From the NCBI RefSeq assembly GCF_009914755.1, contig NC_060927.1: a stretch of 64,000 nucleotides of DNA; one strand, 5' to 3'. Numbering within the stretch: the stretch's first letter is position 1; the number at the start of each line of letters is the position of its first letter. A program made the position numbers and the translations under genes. Positions 27,501-38,520 of this stretch are shown one piece after another. A model generated the notes under the pieces. It was not told the origin of the DNA. It was given only the letters and a program-made list of their open reading frames with translations, and ran no database searches. This DNA comes from the human T2T-CHM13v2.0 reference genome, Homo sapiens.

Positions 27501-28251
27501 TTTTTAAATTTAATAATAAGAGGTCAAATATAAAACTTTCTAAAAGCATCATTTTATAGTATGTATATGGATATATAGTATATAAGTTCATACTATTTAA
27601 ATATATACCACAAAAATATAGTATAGGTAGAATTGACTTTTGATAAGATTTAGTTTATCTCAAACTCGTAACAATGTCTAAGTACACTAAGCAACTGAGT
27701 TTTCTATTGACATTATTTCAGGTCTAGTTTCTAATCTTATCAATAATGGAGCTGAGGCAGAGTAAAATTTAGACTTCTTTCATAAACATTATTAAAACTG
27801 AGGTTCACACCAAAATCATCTGGTTAGAAAGGAGGATTTAAATGGATGGTATAATTTTTAAATATGTGAAACAAAAATCAAATTTACTATAGGCACAGAG
27901 GCATGGCTGCCTCGTCCTTTATTCTGTAAACATCGAGTCTTCAAATTCCATCTATATCAGCAAATGGTCAGTTTATCTCTTTCCATTCAAAATTCCTAAA
28001 TTGTTTTCAGCTCTTTTACAAAATCTCTCTCAGTATGAAGTCTTGTCTGGATTTTTTTTAAAAAAAGTTTTGGATTTAATTTGGGGATCTTTTAGAAAAA
28101 CAATAACGTGAGGTTTTAACTGAAGGAGAAGTTTGAATTAAATATTCTAATTTAAAGTAAGTTAAAATAAATATGTTATTGTGTTTCAATTCCATTGAAT
28201 TATTGGTCTCAGATGTTCCAGAGTACAAAACGTATTTCAGGCCTGAGGCTA

Positions 28252-28256
<5 letters not shown>

Positions 28257-28298
<42 letters not shown>
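28257..28298. repeat. Perfect (AC)21 microsatellite
   Basis: 42 bp of uninterrupted AC. Confidence 0.98.
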
Positions 28299-28300
<2 letters not shown>

Positions 28301-31300
28301 AAAACATTCAGTTGAATAAAATAACATTGAAAAGACTTTTCATATTATAGGCCAGATAGCTTATCTAAATTTTCCTCTATTTAAAATAATTAATTACTGA
28401 ATTAAACTTCATATTTTAGCAAAATGTCATTTATATATAAATAAATCATAAAATATACTTTTCATGAAGTTTTATTGAAATAAAATAATTCTGTCATAGC
28501 AATTACCTATAATTTCAAATATATTATATTTTAGTTAATGTTAATGAAAAGTAAAATTAGGTTGTTACCCATCAACTCTTTTAACTCAAATCAGGAATTT
28601 TAAATAACTAAGCTTGAATATTTTAAGCACAAACTCATTCATATCAATCAGACATAATTTTTATTTTGCCTTTTTGAGAAATGATCTAAATAATCATTTA
28701 GGAAAGAAGATTATAATTAAAACAGTATGCAATTTAATGTTAATCAGAAATTATATGATGTACAGTATCAGGTAAAAATATTCAAATGTCTTCCAAATAA
28801 CAGAAGTAAAACTGAGAACAGTCTTTTAATAAAGGCTATTTTGCCTGGTAGGAAAAGATTGTTAGTTGTAAAAAGAAACCTTTTAAACTAATATGATGAG
28901 GTACATGTAAAAATTAATATTATGCTCTGATGTTCTCTCTAGTGAGTAGCCTAGGTTGATTTATTCATTTAGGTAATTGTGTTCAGCAATATTAGTAATT
29001 CACTGTTAAATTGAATTTGGAGAACGAACAATAAATTGAAACTGCAGTGATATTTCTTTCTTACTGTGTAACAAACAGATGTATTGATGTAAGTTCTGAG
29101 TGTACTACATAAGTTAAATTCCCTAGACTGTAATTTGATCAAAAGGCTTTAGACATTTACTTGAGCTATATTAGGCGGCTGCCATTGGATGGCAGTAAAA
29201 TTCTACATCAATCACTTTAAGCAAAGTGAAGCTGGGAAAATAATGGGACTTTTCTTTTATTATTTAACAGCAGAATGCTGATTTAAAAGGCAAAGCTCAG
29301 GGGGTTGCATATATTGTGGCAATACCAACTAATTTTTTTTTAACTGTTTTGTTTTCTTCTCTGCTCTATTTAAAGGGAGATGCAATTTTAGAAAAATAAT
29401 GCATAGTATTTTGTCACAGCAAGAGATGTTTTTGCTTTTCTTTTATGTAATAAAAATTTTCATTTTTTTATTTTTAAAAATAAGTCAATAAAGGGATATT
29501 AACAAATTATATATGATTTAAACCTTTGCACAGTATTAATGCCTAAGTCTTCTTTTCGTTTTCTTCTGATTGTAAAGCCCATGTGCATTTTGTTCCGGGT
29601 TTAAAGGCTGATTTATATAAAGAGCTGTAAATATTATAATGTCTAATTTTATTGAAACAATTTGAATAGAGAACAAAAATATGAAATCACACAGGAAATG
29701 TTGCTAACGATGATATTGCAGAAGAGAGTGTTCCTTCTCAGGAGGCCTTAAATTCTGTGCTTGTACACCACTGAAAGTAGTCAGTATTTTGCCCCTGAGA
29801 TATGAAAGACAATATTGAATATTTCTGATCTTATGTTAATTTATGGTTACTCACGAACGATTCACAGGGAGGTACAGTCTGAAAGAAAATCTTTGTCATC
29901 TTAAACCTGTTGTGTTTATCACACAAAACTAACAGGAATAAATAGCACAGAGAACAAATAAAATGAGATATGTCCTAAATGCTATCTCACATAAGGAAAT
30001 ATATGTTCTTATGTCTCTTCTCACTCATTTAGAATTTTATTTGGTTAGAAGTTGGTAACATCAATTACAATTTATTTGGCAATAAAACGAACCAATTGTT
30101 TTCAGAAAATATTCAGGATGGTCTGACACAATCTGAGGGCGATTAATCAGGATTTCCTGGGATCAAACCACAGACTTTTCTGCTATTTATCTTTTCCCTC
30201 ACTTTATGTTTAAAGTCTATTAAAAGTTTATAGTCTTCCAAAGATCATATTAGGCATTAAAATTCAGGCATCTCATTCCTGCCGCAAAGATTGTTAGAAG
30301 AAAAGAAAATAAATGGGTTATCATGAATCCATTCTCATCATGAAGAGTGTAAAAAGCATGCACAGTGGAACAATATTCATTTATTTTTACGACAATGCTC
30401 GAGAAGAGAAAAAAAGGAAGTGAAATAAACTTAGAGATATGTAGTATTATTACTTCCAGGCACAGGGAGTTAGAAAGGCTGGAATGAAATGCCTTAGTAT
30501 GCAGAAAAGGGCATATTTAACTGTGTGTGTTTGTGTGTGTGTTGTAGGATGCCATTTTTTCAGGCTTTGGTTTATTCAGTTACTGAACATTTCTGATGCA
30601 AAAATTTGATTTAACATCTATTTAACTATTTGACAGTATTTTTAAAAGTTTATTTTATTGAATTTTTATGAGAATAAAGAATACATTTGCATGGTTTTTT
30701 ACACTTGCCGTTCCCCAACATAACCTAGTGGAAATATACATATGTATATAAGCGAACCTCAAATATTTATACCTACAGAGTTTTAAAAGAAAAATATAAT
30801 CAATTAAATATTTAAAATTTAGATATTTTGCATTTGTATGCAGGGTCAAAACAAAAGCAGTTCTTCCAATGAATTACAAAATTGACTGATGCTCTAGTCT
30901 CAATCCTAGTTTGGTTAATTATATCTATGCATTCAAAAAAATAAGCTGTTTTTACATAAAATGTAAGAAAACCTTTGCAAATACGTAACTTCATTTCTTT
31001 ATATTGAGATGCTGTATATCCAAATGTAACTGATTATTTTCCTTAATTTAAAAAATAGCGATATGGTAAAATTTATTCTCAATAAGCAGGGCGTGCTGCA
31101 AATACTGTGTTAAATTTAATGGTAAAAATTATTTAAAGCACCCATTTTCTCATCCATAACTGTCATAGGAAATTTACTACAGACCTCTGAAGAAATTATG
31201 TGGCTTTATCCAGTTTACCTGTATAAATATAGCTTTTTATATTAAATGTTACAAACGAATGCACAAAATAGGATAGCTTAGCATCTATGATATCTGTTTT

Positions 31301-31364
31301 AGCACTCACAGTATGCTTTATACTCTTCTGATGCATATTCATTTAGTGTTATTAAGCCTGTACT

Positions 31365-31520
31365 TAAGCATAGTATTAAATGCTCACACTTTGGAGCTGA
31401 AATTTCTGGATTTGAATATTGGTCCTGAAAATGAGTAACTGTGTGACCTTGGGGAGTGTACATAATCTCTCTGTTTCATCACACAGACACTTATAAGGCA
31501 ATGTAGTAAATTAAGTGATT
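31365..31520 (+). mobile_element. MIR SINE
   Basis: 'agcatagtattaaatgc..actttggagctga..ctggatttgaat..aactgtgtgaccttgggg..aatctctctg'. Confidence 0.75.
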
Positions 31521-31599
31521 AAGCTGTGCTTTGGCTAGAATAGAGCAGGTGGAAGAAGACACTCAACTCAGTCTAGCCTACAGGCTGCACATCTGCAGG

Positions 31600-31750
31600 A
31601 GGTTGGGCAATAGAGAAGCAATTCCATGAAGGGCATACCTTTAACTGGGTCTTCAAGAAGAATAGGAGTCAGCCATGGGAGGAGGAATATGAGAACTATA
31701 AGCAGGAGGATCAACCTGTGCAAAGGTATAAAACACAAGAAAATGTTTGT
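31600..31750 (-). mobile_element. L2 fragment
   Basis: 'tttaactgggtcttcaagaagaataggagtcagcca..agcaggaggatcaacctgtgcaaaggt' resembles L2 antisense. Confidence 0.55.
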
Positions 31751-32429
31751 AATTCTTTCATGGCATAGGCATGAGATACATGTGAAAATTGAAACATGAT
31801 CCTTGCCCTCAAAGAGATTTAAATTTATCAAAAAGAACCAAATAAGAGTACCTTTCCTATATACTATCTTATGCTGTAGTAGAATCTGACTTCTGTCATT
31901 TGATTCAACATGCAGATTATCCAGTGAGGAAAATAGGTCTGGGCTTTTATAATAGATTATATCTATATTTTAAATCTGGAAGCACAGAAAATAAAAAAAC
32001 AAATAATTAGTCCAATTCTTACAGCTAGAAAAATGAGCATGTCTGGATTAAAAATCATCCTCTAATGCAAATAATACATCAATAGTGCTACACTGGAGTC
32101 ACCATATTTTCAATAGAAATGTAGAATTTTAAAAATAATGAAAAGAGATAAAATTTATATGAAAGATTTTACCAACAGGCTATAAAATTGGTGGAGATTA
32201 GGCCAAAATGGTAGATTGCATAGAAATCTTCCAATTAAAAAAAAACTGTAAACATTATAACACCAAAGATATAAACCAGAAATTATGAGTAATTTTATAA
32301 GATAGCAAATAGTTGGAATTGGGTTAATAGAAAAACCAGAACTGAACAAATTATATAATGAACATAAGCAAGAAAAAGCTTATAAGAAGGCAAAATGCAT
32401 TTTTTTATTTTAGTTGAAGGAATTTGCTA

Positions 32430-33550
32430 TTTAAATTAGAAACTCATTAGAAAATAAGAACAGGTAATCTAAAATCACCCACCATTTGAGGGAAAATAAT
32501 GCCATGAAATAAAGGGACCCAACAAGTAAATATAAGAAATAGCTACCAAAGAACAGACTTAAAAGGGAAAATAGAAAACTAAAATAAATACAAGCAATGA
32601 CTGCAGATAGAGGCGGTATGATAAAGTATTCATTAACAATAACAAGAATAAACTGTGATAAGAAGAAACTGATCATTAAAATATAAAATTTATGTAAAAA
32701 TAACCAAATTATTAATATCAAAGATGAAGATACAATTAGTGAGCTGAAAGACTGTGCTAAGGAATTAAGAGCCATTACCCCACAGAATGTTTCTGTGATA
32801 TTCAAATTTCATAGAACTTACCATTTTGGCTTGTGTTTATGTAGTAAAAATGTATTTCACCTATCCAAAACATTTTTAACAAAGTAATTTGCGGAAAGAT
32901 TTTGAGTTACAATTCAGTAGTTCCTGAGACTCCTATAGAGATTTTTAAAGCACACAAACTGTCAACAAAGAGAATGAGTATATTGGTAATTTTGGACGAT
33001 TAGAAAAGTTACTAAAAGTTGATTTTCTTTACCAGGTTCACATTTTTATGTAGAACATTCCTTAAGGCAATAGAATCTTGATATTAAAATGGAAGATATA
33101 GCTCAACAGGCAGCACAAAATGACAAAGAGATAAATGAAGACATGGGTGGTACATTGAGAAGACCTACTATCCATTGAAAGTGCATTCCAAAAGACAAGA
33201 ACACGCAAATGAGACGAGGAAATGCTTCAGAGTTGAAGACATATCTTCACACTGAAACGTCTATCAAGACACGATAAAAAACCAGACAAGTAGACTTAGT
33301 GTGGTGAAATCTCAAAACAAAGAAGATAATGATACAATTATAATAAAAAATGCTAGCAGAGAAAAACAAGCAAGCAATTAAACACTCATTCACACACACA
33401 CAGAGAGAGACACACACACAATCACACCCCTCAGATTATCTACAAACAAGCAAGAATCAAAGTGGCAACAGATTTTCCCTTAGCAAAACAGATTTTAGAA
33501 AACAATGAAGCAATACCTTCAAAGTTCTGAAAGAAAATGATTTTAACTTT
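32430..33550 (+). mobile_element. Decayed HAL1/L1M ORF1-type fragments (probably interrupted)
   Basis: A-rich, with 'aaaatcacccaccatttgagggaaa' and 'aatcaaagtggcaacagatttt..agaaaacaatgaagcaataccttcaaagttctgaaagaaaatgattttaac', which resembles the ORF1 C-terminal region. Confidence 0.6.
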
Positions 33551-33735
33551 TCTTTCCATATCTATCTATGTTTATATTATCTATATCTATATATTTCTCT
33601 CCCTCTCTTGATGTCTACACACACACACAAACTTTGTATCTCTTTGAATCTACACACACTTTGTAGCTATACACATATATGTGTCTATGTATATGTATGT
33701 GTGTGACATATATATATATATGTATGTGTGTGTGT
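33385..33735. repeat. Mixed (CA)n/(TA)n/(TG)n low-complexity patches
   Basis: Short CA, GA, TA and TG runs at 33385-33427 and 33558-33735. Confidence 0.75.
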
Positions 33736-33763
33736 CAATTAAAGTAGTTTTTGAAATGCAACC

Positions 33764-33931
33764 TGTGGCAGACTGTATTTTCATAAAAAGTCCAGAGCAA
33801 TATTTCTGGTACCACATTGTCTGCAGAACATCAGCACTCCCTATCAAGAGATGGATGTCTATTCCCCATGTCTTTAAACATAGAGAGACTTTTTGACTGC
33901 CGTGATAAACAGAGTGGACAGAGGCAACACT
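33764..33931 (+). mobile_element. MLT1F/G-like MaLR LTR 5' fragment
   Basis: Begins TGTGGCAGACTGTATTTTC and contains 'cactccctatcaagagatggatgtctattcccc'. Confidence 0.8.
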
Positions 33932-33959
33932 TGTTCACATTTATTATACAAAACTTTTA

Positions 33960-34870
33960 AAATGCTGGATGATAAAAGAAACCATCAACAAAAAAGCAAC
34001 AAATTTGTAGAAAATACTTCAAACATACATGAGACAAAAAATTACCATGAATAACATTTCTGAAATACCTTAAAAATTAGTAGAAAAATTACAACCATAA
34101 TTTCAAAAATGGAAAAATTCAAGAATGATCATGTTACAGAAGAAATACATATGGGCAATGGAATACAAAAAATATGAAATACAAAAAAAAATCAAAAAAT
34201 GAAATACAAAAATATGAAGATGAAAATTGAAATGGCAGTGAGGTGTCACTTTGGCTTATGATACTGGCAAAAATATTTTTCAGATTTGCAATGTCTAGTG
34301 TTAGTAAGAGTTTAGTATACAAAAGACTGTTACACATGATTGATTTTGTGAACAGCAACTGATAGTCTCTAATTAAACATTAAAAGGTGTAAATTTCTTA
34401 ACGTGAGTTCTATTTGTAAAAATTTATTATACAGAAATATTTCTGTGTGTGTACACATCTACACAAGAAAGTTTATTAGAGCAGTATTGATGACCTCCGG
34501 AGTTAAAAATAACCTAAATACTCATTCTTAACTTCTGGCATATACATAATACAAAGTATAGCATAAATAACACAACAGTTGAATAAGATAAAGTAAACAT
34601 ATTCATTTTGATAGGTGTATAGAAATTATCAGATATGTAGTAGAAAATATTTTTAAAACTTCTTATGTAACTTTACTTATAAATGAATACATATGAGTTT
34701 ATGTAAATACATGCTTATGTATGTATGATATGTGAAAATATACATACAGTGATCCATGTACTGTTAATGGAATTAATTTTGGGGGGCTAGTTGTGTGTGT
34801 TCAGCATATGAATAATTTTATTTTTAAAAATTTATGTGGTTCAGTATTTGTTTTGTCAAAAGTGTGAATA
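33960..34870 (+). mobile_element. Decayed L1ME ORF2 3' end and 3' UTR
   Basis: 'tacagaagaaatacatatgggcaat', 'actggcaaaaat..gcaatgtctagtgttagtaagag', 'gtttattagagcagtatt..aaataacctaaatactcat'. Confidence 0.6.
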
Positions 34871-34939
34871 ATATATATGTGAATATATATTGACATATTA
34901 TTTAGCTTTTAATGAAAATACTTAGGGTAAAACAAAATT

Positions 34940-35185
34940 CTACAAGTTGGGCAAGGCTCAGTGAGAATAGATTTTCTTTGCTCCATGTAATGTCACCTGG
35001 GGCAGCTTTAATGGGACTGGAAGATCTACTACCAAAATAGCCTCACTTACATAGCTGTCAAATTGATACTCATTCTCAGCTGAGAGCTCAGCTAGAGCTG
35101 CTGGCCCAGGATCTCCTCCATGTCACCTCTCAACTGGCAAGGTTGGACATAACACAGTATGACAGTCTCAAGTTAGCTGAACTAA
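34940..35185 (-). mobile_element. MLT1 (G/H/J-like) LTR fragment
   Basis: 'ttgggcaaggctcag..tttgctccatgtaatgtcacctggggcagct..ctggaagatctactaccaaaatagcctcacttacatagctg..cagctgagagctcagct'. Confidence 0.75.
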
Positions 35186-35249
35186 AACTACTGGTAGTTC
35201 AACTCAGGGTAGTTGAATTTGAGTCCCACTAAGTTAGAGAGATTAGATA

Positions 35250-35745
35250 AAAACCTCGAGCTTTCTGTTGAAATTTCAGAAAGGATGCACTTTAGGAAGG
35301 AAATCTATATGCCAGGAATAAGGAATTCATAATGAGAATAAGGATAAAACCCAAATAGTCTCATCCCAAAAAGTATAAGACCAGGGTTCTACAGGGTCAG
35401 TGTTGCTAGCCAACACTTTCTGCTAGAACGAATGCCAACATTTTTCAGAGAAAGACAAATGAATCCAGTCTCTAAACATGCTACTAAAGTTCATGTAGAA
35501 TTTTACTACATGTGTATAAAAACCGAGAATATTCTCACAGGAAAGATAAATAAGCAGTCAGACTCCACGATGACCCAGATATTGGAATTAGCAGACAAGA
35601 ACTTTAAAACAGTTCTTAAAAATGTGTTCAAAGTCTTAAAAGAAAAAATAAAAAGAGTATATTAGCAGAGAGGACTCAATATCTGAAAAATTTTAAAAGT
35701 GGATGGTTTTAGCAAGATTTGGAGAAGAAAACAAAGTCAGTGATC
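35250..35745 (+). mobile_element. Old L1M 5' region and ORF1 start
   Basis: The ORF at 35432-35665 contains 'MTQILELADKNFKTVLKNVFKVLKEK', which resembles the N-terminus of ancient L1 ORF1p. Confidence 0.7.
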
Positions 35746-35898
35746 AAGAACGTGGTGGGCAAAATAGCTTCTAGATGCTAGAAAAGAAAAGGGAATGGAT
35801 TTTCTGCTAGAGCCTCCAGAAGAAATTCAGCCTTGCCTACACCTTGATTTTAGCTTAGTGAACCCATTTCAGATTTCAGACCTCCAGAACTATGAGAA
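35746..35898 (+). mobile_element. MLT1C/D-like LTR fragment
   Basis: 'ctagatgctagaaaagaaaagggaatggattttctgctagagcctccagaagaaattcagccttgcctacaccttgattttagc..gacctccagaactatgaga'. Confidence 0.82.
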
Positions 35899-35909
35899 CA
35901 CGAAGTTTT

Positions 35910-36470
35910 ATCTAAGACCTGAATAATAAGAACATGTCAGCTATATGAAGAGTAAAAGAAAAAGATTTCCAGGTATGAGAAAAAGCAAAGGGGAAAGGCT
36001 CTGAACCAAGAGAGAACTTGAAAACCTGAGCAACTTAAATAAAATCATATTAACTCTGGAATAGGGGATGGGTTTGAGATATGAGGCCAGAGCCTTAGGC
36101 AGGAGCCAGATAATGAGGGCCTTTTGGATCATGGTAAAGCAGGTAGGTTTCTTCTAAAACCTATCCTCCACAAAAGTCTTTTAAGTAGAGTGACTTAATA
36201 TAATGCATATTTTAAAGAGAGGGCAGTATTACAAAGAATGAATTTGAGAAGGCAAGAGTGAAAAGGGGTTAAACTTTAGGGAAGATATTGCAATAGGTGA
36301 AGCAAAATATAATTGTGGCTTGGATTTACAGTGGATATTGACAGCATAGTCTAATTAGAGATATTCTGGAACTCATTTTAGCAGGACTTAATTGTGGATT
36401 TTATATAAAGTTTTAAGGCAGAAAGAAATTGAGGATAAACCTTTGGTGTTTTGGCTTAAACGGTTGATAG
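35910..36470 (-). mobile_element. L2 fragment
   Basis: 'gagatatgaggccagagccttaggcaggagccagataatgagggccttttggatcatggtaa..gaaagaaattgaggataaacctttggtgtttttggctt'. Confidence 0.7.
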
Positions 36471-36630
36471 AGGTTTAGAGATATATAACAGTGAATGCCA
36501 CTATTAATAAATGACTCAGTTGGAAATTGATGCTAGATCTGCCTGAATCCAAAGCTCTTGTTCTTTACTACTGTGCTAAGCTGAAAAATTGTCCCTTCTT
36601 GGTCCCAGGTTTTCTTGACTAAACAAACAG

Positions 36631-36680
36631 AAAAAAAAAAAAAAAAAAAAAAAGAAAAGAAAGAAAGAAAAAGAAAAAAA
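36631..36680. repeat. Poly-A / (GAAA)n tract
   Basis: A23 followed by GAAA/GAAAA units, with no recognisable Alu body upstream. Confidence 0.9.
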
Positions 36681-36884
36681 AGTGAGAAAGTGGTTAAGCC
36701 AATATGACTTCTCTCACATTTGTGATTCTCTGAGATATCTAAGACTTCTACTCAATTTCTTGGTCTACACATCAAGAAACATGAACTGAATCAATGTATA
36801 TCCAATTTAAATTACCCAGTTGTGTCAGTCTGAAAAATTCAACATTCACATGCACATTTACATACACACAGTCAAGAAATAATG

Positions 36885-37050
36885 GGATAAATTGGAAAGC
36901 ACGTGAACTTGGAGTCACAAATATGCTTGTTTTTGAGTCTTGGCACGAGCGCTTTCTGATATGTGTCACTGTATATGTCATTTAACCTTTCTGAAACTCA
37001 ATTTTTTCATAAGTAAAAAGCAAATATTAACTCTCAGAGCATTGTAACTA
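36885..37050 (+). mobile_element. MIR SINE
   Basis: 'ggaaagcacgtgaacttggagtca..tgagtcttggc..gtcatttaacctttctgaaactcaattttttcataagtaaaa'. Confidence 0.75.
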
Positions 37051-37099
37051 AGCAAGTTACATTTGACTGTGAAATTAAAAACTAGAAATACTTGTTGGT

Positions 37100-38520
37100 C
37101 TTCAGTGGTCCAACTTACAAAAATTACAATCATTGTAACATTTGAAAATAAAAAGATGTGTGTAAAATAAAATTAATAATTTTCTTTTCTTCTTCCAATC
37201 TCAAATATAAACACTATTAGCAGTTTGACAAGAATTTTCATGCAGTTAATTTTGCATCTTAAACATTTGCAAAGATTACACATGTGCATGTACACACACT
37301 ATATACATTCTATAATTTGCTTTTGCTAAAATATATATTTTAGATTTTCTCTCAAAGTAACACATATATCAACCTGGTTTGTGTTAATAACCACATAATA
37401 ATCAATGTTACATTTATACCAAGGTATCAATAGGTGTACCATTTAATCATTCCAATTTTGAGGAAAATTCAGATTATTCCAAGTCTTTAATATTAATAAC
37501 AATGCTATAATAACTATCCTGGAATATTTATCTTTTAATCCTCTAATTTTATTTGTATTTAATAAGTGGTTGAAATGGGAGAACTAGTCCAAGTGCTATA
37601 AGTACTATTTATTTAAATTATTTAAATATTAAATTTACATAATATTAAACTAAATTATAACTATTTAAATACCAAATTACTTTCCAAAAGCTTGTAATAA
37701 TCACATTATTCTCATACCTAGAATTTCACCAACAGTGGATGCTATTAATTTTTATTTTTGCTAAACTAATGAATGTAGTATCTGTTATCAACTTTATTTT
37801 TTGATAACTAATAATAATCTGCTCTTACGTTTTTGCCTGTACTTATTTCAGTGAAATACATGCTTTTTTTCTTGGACTTTTTAAATGAAAGATGGACTAC
37901 CTACATTTCTTATTAACTTACGGATCAATTACTTATTTAATACTTGTTTGTCATCATTTTTTCTTGATCTGTAAGTTTTGTTTTGATTTCATTATAACTT
38001 TTTGCCAATGTAAGTTTTTTATATTTATGTAATTAAATGTATATATTTTTCACTCTAAGGTTTCTAGGATCTTAGGGTGAACCAAAATATGAAGTCTCCT
38101 CAAATTTTAATTTTTCTATTTTCTTCCAGTCTTCTTTGCTTTTTTCACATCTTTATCTCATCAAGAGATTATATGCACATAATGTATAGTAAGGTCTGAT
38201 CTAATTTTTTGTCAATGTAACTGGTACTTAGCACAAATTATTGAACAATGGATCCATACCCCATGAATTTTTTTAGTTCCTGTATAGGGTTTAATGTTTC
38301 CAGATTTTGTTCTGTTCCATTGATAAATATGTCTATTTCTGTGCCAGCCCTGTGATGTCATGATTATCCTAGCTTTTTACTGTGTTTTAATATTTGCTAG
38401 TCCAAGTCTTAGCTTATGTTTGTTATCAAAACCTTCTTAGAAATGTTCACCTTTCTATTCTTTTATGTACTTTATGATAATTTTAATTATTTCAAAAACA
38501 CTTTTTATTTCATTTGGACT
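37100..38520 (-). mobile_element. Decayed L1ME element (3' UTR into ORF2)
   Basis: 'taataacaatgctataataactatcct', 'ccaaattactttccaaaagcttgtaataatcacatt', 'ttctgttccattgataaatatgtctatttctgtgccag'. Confidence 0.7.

Noticed and set aside
32431-32805. 124-aa hydrophobic ORF that looks like a membrane protein (also 5734-6063 and 10971-11241)
   Set aside because: The F/L/I/S richness comes from T-rich strands of AT-rich or decayed LINE DNA. There is no recognisable domain or splice context.
35432-35665. 77-aa ORF with coiled-coil-like character
   Set aside because: A remnant of ancient L1 ORF1p, with no sign of an intact or domesticated gene.
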